Source: Vicugna vicugna
Taxonomy: Eukaryota
Length of the DNA: 64,000 nt
Assembly (NCBI GenBank): GCA_013265495.1
Contig: MU058584.1
Span: 3,228,508-3,292,507 of the forward strand
Direction: 5' to 3'
Shown here: positions 34,566 to 48,139 of the stretch, piece after piece
How the letters are laid out: every line of letters starts with the position of its first letter
How positions within the stretch are numbered: position 1 is the first letter of the stretch
Notes under the pieces: generated by a model
Databases searched by the model: none
The model's input: the letters and a program-made list of their open reading frames with translations, nothing else
Told to the model about the DNA's origin: nothing
Made by a program: the position numbers and the translations under genes

Positions 34566-35368
34566 GGATGTTCGGCCTCCCCTGATGCTAAAGCAGCACA
34601 AGGTTTGGTCCTTGTCCACAGGGATATTGTGCGTATTTTTATGGACTGTTATAGGGTAACTATTTAGGGGTTATTATAAAGGGAAGCATTAAGTTTAACT
34701 TGAGACTGAGGAGACTCAGAAAATAAAGAAATGCTTCTAGGTACCTGCAGGGATTCTGGTGATGGGAGCAGCATCATACTGTTAAACATGGCCATGGGTC
34801 TACTTCTCAGAGAAGGGGCTTGTGACCCAGGCAGATGCCCCATCAGGGACTACTGAAGAAGGAAATAGAAGTATCTGGGTGCCCATATGGCAGTCTGACT
34901 TCCTCTTCCAGACAAAGATTCAGTTTTAGGAAAGTGGAGTCATGGAGTCATAGAAAGTCCTTGGTGATCATTTTATACACGTCTCAGTTTATAAGTGATG
35001 AAATCCTTGGCTCAGAAGCAGTGGCCTCTGAGAAGCCACACGGTGAGTGTTTGGGGGACAGCTGAATTAGGGTGAAAAGTCTGAGGAGAGGAGCACCCCG
35101 GGACAGGACTGCAACCCAAAGACCCTCCTCAAATGAGCAAAGGGAGGCTCAAGAACCAACTGGTCAGTGTTCCCTGGGCTGGCAACCAGCCCTCTTGTGA
35201 AAGATAGCCCTTTGCTCAGGCAAGCTTGGCGTCTCCACCCAAATCTCCAGATGTGTAGATCAGAGGAGGGGGTGGCAGTTTTGTCAATTGTGAAAGAGGA
35301 TCTAAATTTTTGAGCCACTCCCTGATCCTCCATAAGCCTTTCAAACATTACTCTGGGGTGAAGGGATG

Positions 35369-35490
35369 ATGTGTGTTTGTGTGTGTGCGTGTATTTGCAC
35401 ATACCCATATGTGTGTGTGTAACGTCCCTGCATGTGTGCCTGTGCAAGTACCTCTGTGTGTGTGTGTGTGTGTGGGTGTGTGTGTGTGTG
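35369..35490 (+). repeat. Imperfect (TG)n microsatellite
   Basis: TG-rich tract ending in tgtgtgtgtgtgtgtgtgggtgtgtgtgtgtgtg. Confidence 0.9.
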
Positions 35491-36999
35491 CAGGGAATCC
35501 TTACAATTCAGGTGAGCGGGGAGCTGGCATAGCACAGAGACAAAGCTAAAAGAATCAATTCTGTACGCAGAGAGGTCTGTGTTCAAACTTTTGCTTTGCC
35601 ACGTGCTGTGTGGCAAGTTACTTAACCCACAAGACTTAGCTTCTTCAACTGTAAAACCGAAGTAACAACACTTGTCTCACAGAGTCGTTATGCAGACTCA
35701 CTGAGACAATATACAAGGCCCTTAGCACGATAGCTGTGTATTCAGTAAATGGCTTTATAGAAATCTCAGCTCGTGATCACAGGAAAGGTGTGAACTGTCC
35801 ATTTGAATCTCAGCCACAACTGCACTGGGTTGGAACTGACTTTTCTGCCCTCAAGGGCTCACAGTCAGGTGTATAGTTAAAATTCAAATAGTACAGAAAC
35901 ATGAAGAGTGAAAGGCTAGGTCTCTTATGCCTCAACCAGAAAGAAACTGTGCGTCCACCTGAGACATTCTGTGCAGGAGCCGCATCTGTCCTTGGGTGCC
36001 TGTCTCTCTACATCATTATAGTATCTTTTAAAATTTGAGTAGAGAATATTCACAGAAAACTTTGATACTAGGCCAGCCCTGAATAGCTGCCCATGTCTCC
36101 CTAGGGAAATGGTATTCAAAGAACAGGGAAAATCATCTTCCTTTTTTTCTCCCAATAGAAGGATCCCTGCGGCTTCCTCCAAGAGCAACAGACATTAGAC
36201 TTTGGGAAAAGTCTCAGGAAAAAAAATCCAGGCCCAGGGGCCACCCCAAATTCCTGACCGTCTCTGTCTTCCTCAGTATAGTAAGGCCAGCACGGGCCTA
36301 GAACCCCAGGTCTGTATGGGAGTCTAGCTGTGTGGAGACAGTCAGAGAGGAGGGCATGGCTTAGAAACACACGAAGTAGAAGCAAGCAGGACCAACAGGC
36401 CTGCTGCTCGGGGCAGATGACGGAGGAAGACGGATGGACTCGTGGGAGCGTTTGTGGAGACGGCTATAGATTTCCCCTGATGTAATTGTCACAAAACGGC
36501 AGGAGGTAGGAACGAGGTGGTTGTACACATTACAGATGATGAAGCGGATGCCTTCGGGGAGGTGAGGGGAATTTGCAAGTACTGTCCTCAAGGACACACA
36601 ACCTGTTGTGCCTGCTCTGAGCATCCTAGCTGCTCACCACTTACTCAGCAACTGAGAATGTTGGGGAGAAGGGGCGGGGAAGAATGTGTTTGGCAAGAGA
36701 ACTGGCTTTAGACTAGAATTCAGGGATAAGGAGAAACATGTGAGCCTAACAGTTGTTAACCGTGGTGAACAAGGGTTCTGATATTGAAAGAAGAAGAGTG
36801 GAAGTGTCCAGCTATTCTAAGGCAGAAGGAAAGAGTGAAGTGTGGCAAGAACAATACTTAAGACTTCATGTATGGATCATTGATGTGCAGGGTATAGGGG
36901 ATGAATAAAGAAATGCCAACATTTTAACACAAAGTAAAATGACAGAAAGATATGTGACAGCGTATCAGCACAAAGAGCCTGGAGGAGTGGGCGTAAGTG

Positions 37000-37860
37000 T
37001 GGGGTGGGGACAAGAAGATGCCTGGGGTGGGGGAGTTAAGTAACCACACAGAAGGGTCCTAGATGAGCTCAGATATTTAAAAGCCTTGCATAAAAGTTTG
37101 AAAGATCTCCAAATAACCAGAAAAGACAAGAGAGGCATAGATGTACACAAATAGTGTTGATTAGGTAAAGCCCAGGGTGAGATGCAACTTGAAAAAAAAA
37201 TTGTTACGGAACAAAAAAAAAAAAAAAGGAAGTTACCTTTGAAGCAAGATGCTGAAATAAGGACTGAATGATGGGCCCATGGCTTGGGGTAGATGGGGTG
37301 ATGTTAATAAATGACAGAGAAACAGCTCTATTTTGCTTCTGTCTTCTCCCATCAGGCAGAATGACCTTAAACCTGGAAAGGGTAGAACAAACATGATTAA
37401 GAGGGAACTGAAATCTGAGATAGGGGAAGAGACGGTACGAAGCAGCTCTAAATGAGTTCAAGCCCAGATGAATTACTTTCAAGGGAGCTGGAAGAAATTG
37501 CAGATGTGGCCACAGAAATGCTGCCCTGAACTTCACCGAAGAATCATGGAGAATGGGGGAGGGGCCACACAACGGTGTGCTGCTCTCAAGGGAAAAAGGT
37601 AAGCTCCCACGGCTTGGCGTTGATACCCAGCAAAGCCCCAGATATCGTGAAGTAGAAGCAGATTTAGCAGAGGCAATGGCGTCCCTTTGGAACTGGCATG
37701 TGTCCATTTAAAACAAGGCAAGACAAGTCAAATTAACCGCATTCTCTCTTTTTGTGATGGGGGACTAGGTTGGTAGAGGGGATGGACAACGTGGGCAAAG
37801 AGGTTGATGCTATTCCTCGGAATGAACCTGTGGAGGAGAGGAAGGATGTGAAGGATGCCC
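37000..37860 (+). mobile_element. Ancient L3/CR1 LINE ORF2 remnant
   Basis: Piecewise translation gives KAQGEMQL (~37167), LNEFK / PDELLSRELEEIADVATEMLP / EESWRMGEGP (37448-37567), matching CR1 motifs KAQxELRL and GPDxxHPRVLKELADVIAEPL..SWxTGEVP. Confidence 0.75.
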
Positions 37861-40208
37861 CCAGGAGGAAGCAGGCTGAAGGGACAGTCACAGAATGTGT
37901 TGGGGAAGGGACTGATGGAGCTGAGGTCTCGGAGAAGGGGTCCACGACGACTGCCTTTCCTCCCCACCTGCGTTATGAACAGATTGAGACGGAAGACAAA
38001 AGAGTAAGCAGACAAGACCTACCATATCACGTGTACTACTGGTAAAGGCTTATTTGGAGGACTTAGCTTAGTATGAGAGCCAACTCTACCCCTCAACTAG
38101 ACAGACATGTCCACTCGGCACTGGTGGCATGGACGAGGGCAGGCTTCCTGGAGAGAAGAGCAGATCTTGTGTTCTCTGTACGTGGCTTCCTCTCAACAGA
38201 GTAAAAAGTAGCCGAGGTGAGAGTGTCCAGTCTATTCCTCCCAAATTCACTGACCAGATTCATCCACCTTCTCCTGGGAGGAGCAGTGAGAGGTGGGAGA
38301 GGGCAGGAGTGTCACAACTACACATGGAAAGAGACAACAGAAGCCAGAAGAAGCGTTGCCCCTAGCAGATGTCATCCTTTGATACTGGACCAGTCTCACT
38401 GTTACCTCCATTTACCCGTCTGCCTCCTGCACCAACTACCTCCTTCAGTCACATTGAGGGTCCTCCATAAACATGGAATGGATAAATTTTTTAAAAAACA
38501 TTACCTAATTTACTTTTTATTCTTGGTGAAACCTGTTTGTTCCTAGTTCTTACTTGCCTCAAGGCCTCCTGTTTATTAAATCAATGGTAGTCATTGTTTT
38601 TAGAGCAAGATAAATAAGTCCTAATCAAAGGAATCACTGCTCAGCTTTGTTTCAAAACAGCATTCTGTTTCAGATTGGAGTTTCAGTTCATAGCAGAGAC
38701 AGGAGTCTGGAAAATGATTTGCAAGAGGCAGGCTGACAAGGTTTGTTGGTATCCAGAGGAGCAAACTTGGGCTATTTTTATTTACTCAGTTTGCAAATTG
38801 GGTAATTGGACTCGTGTTTTTTTTGTTTTATTTTTTTCTTCACTCAGTGTCAAGGCTGGCCGGGTTAGCTTGGTTGAAGGAAGCCCTTCGCTAAGACCAA
38901 GGCAGAGAATTATGTTCTCATGTACGTCTGCGGATGGGGACATGGGGGGAAGCTAACAAAACAAAGCCTTTACTTCAGTGTCGTATCCAGTGTATGGTGG
39001 AAGCTTTATGTCCGGGTTGGAATTCAGGCTCTGTCGATATGACCTTGGGGAACCTACTTAATCGTTACAGGTCTTCATTTCCTCAGCTATAAAGTGGTGA
39101 CAGGAGCCTTGGCTCCCTTTACCTAGCATCAGCCTGCCCACATCAGCAGCTGTGGCCACCATATAAATCCAGCCCTAAACTCCAGCTTAGGGAGCTCTCC
39201 AGTTGTTGACTCCTTGCCATCCTTTTCAGATGCTCTCAAGGGGAAGGTCCCCTGGGCCACTCACCCCCTTGGCTGCATATCTCCATTTCTTGGCTAGCAC
39301 AGTGAGGTTCGGTGACCTTGCCATAGCCTGTCCTTTCGTTCAGGCAAGACACCCGTGTAGAATACCGTATCAGGCCCAGGATCTAATGAAGCTGCTTGGA
39401 TGCTGTCAGCCAGGCCACCAGAGCACTGCGGGCTGGCATCCTGAATGTGCTGGCCTCTGTCTCTTTGGGAGGGAGGTCAGATGATTTAAGGATTGCCATG
39501 AAGAGTACATGCGATTTTACAAAATGCCCAGCGTTGTGCTTGGTATACAGTGCAGACCGAAGAATATTAGTTCCCATTCTTTCCTGGTTACCTTCCAAGG
39601 GGCTCTCTCAGCGAGAGAAACGTTTCAAGAGGAAGCAGAGAGCTGAGGGGAAACAGCCAGGCAGGCGGAGTGCTGCTCTCTTTATCCTAGCTGAGATTTA
39701 TCTCATAATAGCTGCATGGCCCACTGACTGCTTAGTCACTTAATCCACAGTCACCTCCGTTAGTCACTGCTCCTGGGCTAATTCTTATCACAGTTATAAT
39801 TCCTTTAGTTTATTTTTAAACCCAGTCTTATTGCCATTGGAAAAACAAAGTTGGAAGCCAGCAAAGCCAAGTGAGCAAAACCTGTAGGAGAGAGGAAGTC
39901 TCAGGATCAGATGGACCTATCAGTGGAGAATTTCAGAAGTAAAGACAGTGTTTTATTAGGTGGGGGCTAAATTGAAAAGTCAAAGGAAGACAGGCTAAGG
40001 TTTGGGCTCAAAGAATCCAGCAGGGTAAACACCTTCGCTTGATGAAGGCAAGAGAAGGATATGATGGAAGAGCCCCAGGCCAAGCTATTTGTCTCAGTGC
40101 AGTCTTTCAAGGCGGACTCACACGGTAGGGCTGTAGAAGTGATGCTGAAGGATGTCATAGGGTTTCTGGAAAGCCTGAAGAGTGGTGTTAAGGGTGATGC
40201 CTCCCAGG

Positions 40209-41742
40209 CAGTGCTGGCTTCATGGGCGTGAGACCTATGTGGTCACACAGGACCCTACTCTCAGAAGAAGCAGGGCTCTTGGTTTCTGCTCTGCTGTCAC
40301 TGTCCTGAAATTCTTAATAATCTTATCTTTGAACCTGTGTTTTGTAAGAAAGCCTGACAGAGCATGCATGCAAGCCAAGGAGATATTCTAGGCAACATGT
40401 GTGTGAGTATAGGCCAGGCCTCCAACACAGCAGACAGTGGGCAGCATACGTGCTGAGTAGTTGGCCTGAGCATCTCCCATGCATGTCTGGGGCATCCAGG
40501 GCACTGCTGAACACGGCTCCTTGGACCAGATTGGCAGTGATGATGGTGGCAGCAGCAGCAGTAGTGATATGGCCATGGGAGAGAGGAGGAAGCTCCATGG
40601 GGGCCAGTCCTGGAGCCTATTGTGGGAGACTGGCTTGCCTGGCCACCCCTGGAGTCTGTCCCTGTGCCACTTGGACAAATATTAACTCTCCAGCTTGAGT
40701 GCCAGGACAGGAACTGTAGGCATAGGCAGTGAACTTTGTCAGCAAATTATTACAAAATATAAGTGTACACATGAATGTTGCAATAAAGCATATTTGAGAG
40801 TTACTATAATTCTTTAAAGAGTTTAGAATCTCTGGGTTTGAAAACTGCTGCATCATGGCGAAGTAAACAGGCTTAGAAAGAGAAATCAAATTTAAAGATC
40901 ATCACATTCAGTAGAAAAGAATACCATTTTCGTATGATGCTTTGGGTGAGCCAATTACTAATGAAGACAATTTAAAAATTAACTTTGCTTGAAGATGCAG
41001 CCACATAATGTATATACAGATGTTTTGAATGATCTAAAAACCATCATGCCACTTTTGGTTTCTTGCACATCTCCACAAGTTAGAGGAAATGTCAGAGGAA
41101 ACATTAAAATGCCATTGCATGAATTTATATTTGAGATTAAATTCAGACTTACACAAAACTTAGTTGTTTGAAGAGTTAAATCTTTTTAGAAAAGTTGTTT
41201 TGTAAGAATCATCAGCTCCAGATGCACTAAAATTTATATTTGAAAATAACTTATCAGAAATTGATCCCAGTGTTGTCACAACCTATAAAATACTCTCAAC
41301 AGTTCTAGTAACATTTGCATCAGCAGAAAGATCCTTCTCCAGGTAAAAAATTACCAAAAACTATTTGCAATTTTGCATTTGTCAAGGGAGAGATGCTTTT
41401 GATTACATCAACTGAAAATGAAGTCACTAAAAGTATAAATTTTGAGAACCCTAATAAATGAGTTTCCAGAAAAGCCAGCCAGAAGACTCTCGTGGTCAAT
41501 CAAGATATCACATTAGTAATGTATTATTATTTATTTTGTTATGTAAAATTATGATGAGATAGCATTTTTGCAATTTGTAAACTTGTTGTGATTCATGTAT
41601 CACCATCATACCTATGACGGTTTGTAAGTAATAAAGTATTTTTGAAGGAAAAAGCTATATTTTAGTCCCTTTAACTGTACTCACCTCTGCTTTTAGATTA
41701 AGGGCCTTTGCACTGGCCCTACCAATTATATAGCTAGCCCTG
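40209..41742 (+). mobile_element. hAT-Tip100 element (MER45R/Zaphod-like) with transposase remnant
   Basis: TIRs CAGTGCTGGCT / AGCTAGCCCTG with MER45-type ends; 8-bp TSD CTCCCAGG / CTCTAAGG. From 41251 it translates LSEIDPSVVTTYKILSTVLVTFASAERSFSR*KITKNYLQ, the hAT C-terminal dimerisation motif. Confidence 0.9.
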
Positions 41743-42539
41743 CTCTAAGGGCTACTTCTTGGTTAGTTTAAGATTCATGGTAGATAAGTGATAATTTTTC
41801 TTACCTGCTTTGGTGAGAGCCTTGAGTGGATTCTTATAAAAGAGAAAGCTCTGGAGATTATGTAGTGATAACAGACTTGCACCAGAAGCCAAGCAGTCAG
41901 AAGCCGACTCATTCACTGGGGACTTGCCAGTCCCAGCCCCGGGCCTGGCACAAGCTCAATGACCATTTGTCAAATGGAGGTGTTGCGAACGCCATCGTTA
42001 AGAGCTGGGGACTCGGAGTTTTAGAGTATCAGCAAGATGTTCAAAGTCACAGAGTGTCCTGGGGGTCTGAGGTGACTGAGACAAGATGAAAACCAAGGTA
42101 GGCTGATTTAGTGCAGGATGTTCAAGCTTGTTCCTCAGAACACTCTTTCCGGGGATGGTAACAGGGCTCTCATAAGATTCGGGGTCCAAAGGCAGAGCAG
42201 GTGTGGGAAACACCAGATTAAACAAAAGTAGGTTTTGTTTTATTTGGTTGAACTACAGTGTTATCTGCATTGTTGACATCCTGACTTGCACCGTGACCCT
42301 CTAAGAGAAGGATATGCTGTGTAGTCGCTCCTCAAGTTGGTGATCGTGGGATCTTCATTTTGAGGGGGCTATTCCTTAGATACCACCTGGGAAATGGTCA
42401 TCTGGCTTCCAGGTGGGATCCCTAATAAATAACTAAAAAGTGATGCTGAAATCCTTCAGCAACCAAATTCTGGGACGCAAGCTGGAGTGCAAGGTCTGCC
42501 CTTGATTACGGAGTCAGGTAACAAGGTGTTGGGGGAATG

Positions 42540-42740
42540 AGTGTGGATCTGGAACCTGGGAGCCTAATTCCTCTCCTCTCTTTCTTAGCTGTGTGATATT
42601 GGATAAGTCACCTTCCCTCTCTGAGTCAGTTTTCCCAAGTATAAAATGGCAATAATCAAATCTCTATCCTGGATTACTGGGGGCTTACATGTGATAATAT
42701 ATGTGACACAGACACCTGACACATAGCTGTTCAGTAAGTA
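42540..42740 (+). mobile_element. MIR
   Basis: tagctgtgtgatattggataagtcacctt...cagttttcccaagtataaaatgg...cacctgacacatag. Confidence 0.75.
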
Positions 42741-43241
42741 TTGGGCCTCAGGTTCCTGCAGTCAGCCTGTTTTCACTAGTAGAAACTTTGCTAATGTTTC
42801 CAAAGTGAGAGAATCATGAATTCAGATGAAATCTTTCAAGGAAATCAACCTAGAAGATGGGTATAAATTTGTATAAACCATGCTTTTCTGATTGCAGGAG
42901 GGATGGGAGGCTGAGTGCAGGGAGATTTTCCATGACCTCAACTTCTGTATCCGCTTGTCTGCTTGACAGTTCCATTCTGATGCCTAATAGGCACATCAAA
43001 ACAGACCTCTTGATCTTTTCCCTCAAAGTGGATGCCTCCTCCAGGCATTCCCATTTCGTAAGATGATCCCACTCCCCACCCAGCTGCTTAGGTCTCCAGT
43101 CCAGGAACACCCTTGATTTCCTCTCTTTCGTCACTTCCCACGTAAGTCCGGCAAGCCTTGTCAGCTTGACTGCAAGTCCATCCATTTCTCACCATTTCCA
43201 CCACAATCTCCACTTTCAAGCCATCATTATATCTGACCTCA

Positions 43242-43678
43242 TGTAGCAGGTGATGTTGGAGCCCACTTATATCCCTCGGACTTTACATCTCAGCCCCTGA
43301 GGGCTGCCCTCTTTCAATCCTAAAAGGCCACTCTGCCCACCTGTAACAGGCTAGAAGCGCTGGGGAGGTAACAACTTCTACCCCCAAACAGCAACCTCAG
43401 TTTGGAAGTCGATGCCTAAATCCCCCAGCTCCCTCGCCTTTCACATGGGACTATTCTGAGGTGTGTTTTGAAGCATTTCCCCAAGTTTCTTTGCAGGACT
43501 AAGCTCCAGTCTCTCACTATGGTATCTGGCTTAATAACACACCTTTTGTTGCTTGCTTTCCCTTCCTTGTATCCCTTCCCCGCACTCCTACCAAGGTGTT
43601 CCCTGCATCTCCGAAATAAATAAATTGCACTTAAATCCTTGTCTCAGGGTTCACCGCTGGGGAAATTCAAAGTAAGAT
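43242..43678 (+). mobile_element. LTR16-like ERVL solo LTR
   Basis: Starts tgtagcaggtgatgttggagccc and ends aaataaataaattgcacttaaatccttgtctcaggg...ggggaaattcaaagtaaga. Confidence 0.8.
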
Positions 43679-44115
43679 TCTGGTTTTCTGAAATAGCCTC
43701 TTCTCTCCTACAAATCCTTCTCTGCACATTAGCCAGACTGAAATTTAAAAAATATAAAGTGGATTGTGTCTTCTCTTCTTACAAACTTCTGCTCACTTCC
43801 CCCTCCACTTAAATTAATATCCCAACTCCTTGCTATAGCTTACCATGGTACGGATTCTGACCCCATCACATACCATTCTATCTTTCTTCCACTTTATTCC
43901 AGCCACACTAGGTAATTGTTTGTATCTTGAATGTAACCACCCACTCCTGCCTAAGGCCATTTGCACTTGTTTCTTGTACCTGGAACATTGACTCCAGGAC
44001 TTCAGGGGCCAAGCTTCCTTTGAAAATTCCAATCCCAGTTCAAATATCATTTCCTTTAAGATGTCACTCTAACATAGCCATGCCTACAGTTCATTACAAC
44101 CTTTGCAATTATCTT

Positions 44116-44647
44116 TTTTAAAAACATTTTTTATTGATTTATAATCATTTTACAATGTTGTGTCAAATTCCAGTGTAGAGCACTATTTTTCAGTTATACA
44201 TGAACATATATATATATATATTCATTATCACATTTTTTTCTCTGTGAGCTACCATAAGATCTTGTGTATATTTCCCTGTGCTATACAGTATAATCTTGTT
44301 TATCTATTCTACAATTTTGAAATCCCGTCTGTCCTCCCACCCTCTGCCCCCTTGGCAACCACAAGTTTGTATTCTATGTCTATGAGTCGGTTCTTTTTTT
44401 TATATTTATGCTGTTTGGTTTTTTTTGTTTATTTTTGTTATTTTTTTTTGTTTGTTTTAGATTCCACATATGAGCGATCTCATATGGTATTTTTCTTTCT
44501 CTTTCTGGCTTACTTCACTTAGAATGACATTCTCCAGGAGCATCCATGTTGCTGCAAATGGCATTATGTTGTCAGTTTTTATGGCTGAGTAGTATTCCAT
44601 TGTAAAAATATACCACATCTTCTTTATCCAGTCATCCATTGAGGGAC
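44116..44647 (-). mobile_element. 5'-truncated L1 3' end, same subfamily as 22052-25367
   Basis: ORF 44457-44639 is nearly identical to the end of ORF 24680-25057. TSD TGCAATTATCTT at 44104-44115 and 44648-44659. Confidence 0.95.
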
Positions 44648-47537
44648 TGCAATTATCTTGATATTTGTGTATTTATTTCTTCTTTATCTTCCCCTTCTAT
44701 AAGGGCCCTGCTGATAGGACAGGAACCTTGTGTGTCTTGTTCTTTTTACCTCAGCACCTAGAACAGGGCTTAGTACTTAACAGGGACTTTGATATATGTA
44801 TTTGTTGAAGGAATGCTGTATGTACATTAGGATATCTCACTTGTCTTCAACTGTGTCATACGATGTTCCATCTGTTAATAATTACTGTTTGTATTAATTA
44901 TTACAATTATTTTACTTAAAGCATGTTTAATAATTGGAAATAATGAATGATCACTAAAAATGATGAGATTCACTCACCCAACAATTATGGAGGGTCAGAG
45001 ATGTGTAAGGCATGGAAGATGTCAGATGAATGAGACAATCTCTGCTCTTTCATGGAAAAACTTGTGCTGTAATTGAGAAAACTGAAAGAGCAGAAACTGT
45101 TTTACATCTAACAGCAACAGCACAGTGACTCCTCTCTGAGGATGACTTTCAGTTTTCCACGGCACATGCACTTCACTGTGGTCATTGAGCCTCATGATGG
45201 TGCTATAGGTAGCCTCATTCTTCAGGTGAGGAGACTAAAACTTACAGAGGTGAAGAGTCTTGCCACAGCTCGTACAGTTCTCAGACAACAGTGCAACTGA
45301 AAGTAGATTTGGGGATTCCAAGACCTATGCTCTTTCCACTGCCTCCCACTGTATTTCCTGCTTGTGCATAGCCTGGGCACAGAGCAGATGACCATCATGT
45401 GCTTGATGATGGGTGGAAGGGTGCTTACTCACCTGAGGGGGAGCATCCTCCACATGGGAGCCCCTTGGGTGGCTTGGCCAAGAGACACTACCAGCTGCTG
45501 CCACCTCTGATGGTCCAGAATTACATGGTCACTGTGGGAGGCAGTTGGCTTCTTGTAAAGCAAATTTACTACTGATAATGAATATTTGATGCAGGTGCAC
45601 ACCTGCTAAGTAGATAAGTTATGTTTTCATTTGTCGTTAGTTGAACCCATTAATGAAATACATTGGCTAAATAAATAATTTGTGTAATCCGCTAATGGGC
45701 ACTGGTGACTAGTGGAGTAAGCCAATCTTAAACTGACAACTGTTAAGAGACCCAACCTGTTTAAGGCATAGATTTGTTCTATTTGAAGACAGGGAATTAA
45801 TAGATTTCTCCTTGGTCATGAATAATAGATTAATCTTTGCTTGACAAAGTTAACTCTGTGAGGTAGCATTTGTCTTTCTACTCATTGCTTAGACAAAGCC
45901 CTGCCACATATTTACCTGGGCTGAGAATGCAGTATTTTTTGTGAACTGCAGTATTTTTGTGAATTAAGTAATGTGCACTGCAAGGCAGGGATGAAGGGAG
46001 GAGAGCGTGGAGAAAGCACTGGGGAAGAAGTCAGGTGGGGTTAGAAAGGGCAGTTTGCCCACTGATTTCGAGCTAAGAGCTGAAGGTGAAGATGGTGAGT
46101 GAATTGAACTCTTTCTGAGGGATGGGAGGCCGCAGTGGAAGGTCAGTGCACTACCCAGAAAGAACCAGCATCTCTCTCTGTGAGCCGCTCTCTTCCCTAT
46201 AGTCCCTTCAAACTTCTCTAGGTAACTCTCCAATCAACCTTCTAGTGCAGTTCCCCATCCCGGAGTCTGCTCTGGATACTGTCCTGGGTGCTCCTACTCT
46301 GTTCCTTACTTCCTCTGTTGTAACACGCTTGCTCACACATCTGCCCCAGGACCTACAATTGTGCCCTGAACCCTGGCACATGATAGTTGTTCAGTTAGTG
46401 ATTATTGAACAAATGGTGAAACAAATGTGACATAGGGAGACAGAATGGCTCTCAGGCCAGAATGAGACCTGATGAAAGGAATTACGATATCTAAAGAAAG
46501 AAGGGGCTGGTCAACCTCAGAATATTAATAAAAGGCAAATCTTAGAACAGTGTCCTATCAAGTAGTATCCAGGAAAGAAATGCCTTGGCCATGGAATTTT
46601 GCTTATTCTGATCCCATTAAAGCAAGGCTGGGTCTAATTTAGAGATATAAAAAAGAGTTGCAGTCAATGAGTTTATAGCATCTCCAGTCACATGGGTAAG
46701 ACACTGCTGTGGACGGAGGTGCCCTAGAAGCGACCTTAAGCTGCTGCCCTTGCTCATTTGGTCCGCCTACCACCCTCCCCTTCCCACCTCCAAACTTACC
46801 AAGTAACTACATCTGTGGATTGGTTTCTCATATAGGTCTGCTGACAGGTCATGGGGGTTGGGGTATGCAAGTCCATGGAGCTGGTATAATTTCTCTTGTA
46901 AGTGAATTAACTTACATTCTGATTTTATATATCAGCCCTGTTTCATGTGAGTCTGACTCTGAGAGATGAATCTGCTCTCACTGTACTGACGAGTCACCTC
47001 CCAGGGCCAGAACCCAGACTGTGGGTAAACTCACTAAAGTAATGATACATTCCCACCCGCTTCCCATGTTGACTATGGGAACCTTATTGGCTTTTCCCAA
47101 GGAACACCCTGACTTCACCATGTGCTGATAACTTATTACCTATTTTTGAGATTTCCATGAAGAGTAAGGCAGGGACTGGGTGGTCAACTTCCTTTTTACC
47201 TCTAATAATATGACCTGCTGCTGGGCTTACAGTTATTATTTAATGGAGACTAAATGAATTAAATATCCCTGTGGTGTATGGGATGCCTTGGGGTGAGGCA
47301 GTGCCTCCCTCAGGGTGACTGGTAGAGGACATCTCTGGGGTCTGTGGACTGAAGTGGGTCCTCTGCAAGGTTTCATGTGGGGTCTGAGATGCTTTTTGCT
47401 CGCTCTCTGGGACCCTGGGAGGGCTCTTTGGGGCTACATTTGGGCTCTGAGCCTCAATTTGAGAAACAGTGGTCAGAACTAAATTTGTTTCTTGTGACTG
47501 GGAATGAAACCATTTGTATCCTTTTAAAATAATCCTT

Positions 47538-47908
47538 TGATGAAACTGGAGGGCATTATGCTTAGTGAAATACATCAGGCAGCGAAAGACATACACTGTA
47601 TGTTATCACTTATGGGTGGAATCAAAAAAACAAAGCAAACTAGTGCATATAACAGATATAAAGAACAAACTAGTGGTTACCAGTGGAGAGAGGAAAAAGG
47701 GAAAGAGGCAAGATAGGGGTAAGAGATTAAGAGAAATAAACTACCATGTATAAAAGAAATAAACTACAAGGACATATTGTACAGCACAGGGAATGTAGCC
47801 AGTGTTTTATAGTAACTATAAATGGAGTCTAATCTTTAAAGATTTTGAATCCCTATGTTGTGTACCTGAAACTAATGTAATATTATAAATCAGCTATACC
47901 TAAAAAAA
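47538..47908 (+). mobile_element. L1 3' end (L1MA9-like)
   Basis: ggagggcattatgcttagtgaaata...gtacagcacagggaat...aactaatgtaatattataaatcagctatacct followed by an A-run. AATCCTTT on both flanks. Confidence 0.88.
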
Positions 47909-48139
47909 ATCCTTTATATCTGTTATATATGTAAAATTCCCCCCATTTTATGCCGGGAGAAACTGAAGCTTAAGTTTACCTTCACCATGATCATTATCAA
48001 AAAGTCCTTGGTAGCAACTGTTTTCTGCTCTGAGTATATGGAAAATTTCACACTGCAATCTCTACTCTAGCAGATAGACGGTATTATGTCAGACAGCGGC
48101 AGCAGACTGGATATACTGACCCAATCAATGTGTAGATGT

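Larger units (their letters stand above)
42900..44815 (+). mobile_element. L2 interrupted by an LTR and an L1
   Basis: L2-like blocks at 42900-43240, 43680-44100 and 44660-44815, ending 'tatttgttgaaggaatg'. Confidence 0.7.

Noticed and set aside
37204..37707. 167-aa minus-strand ORF
   Set aside because: It is antisense to the L3/CR1 remnant, has no recognisable domain and runs into a poly-T tract.
45928..45963. TGCAGTATTTTT(T)GTGAA tandem duplication
   Set aside because: A common short tandem duplication with no insert between the copies.
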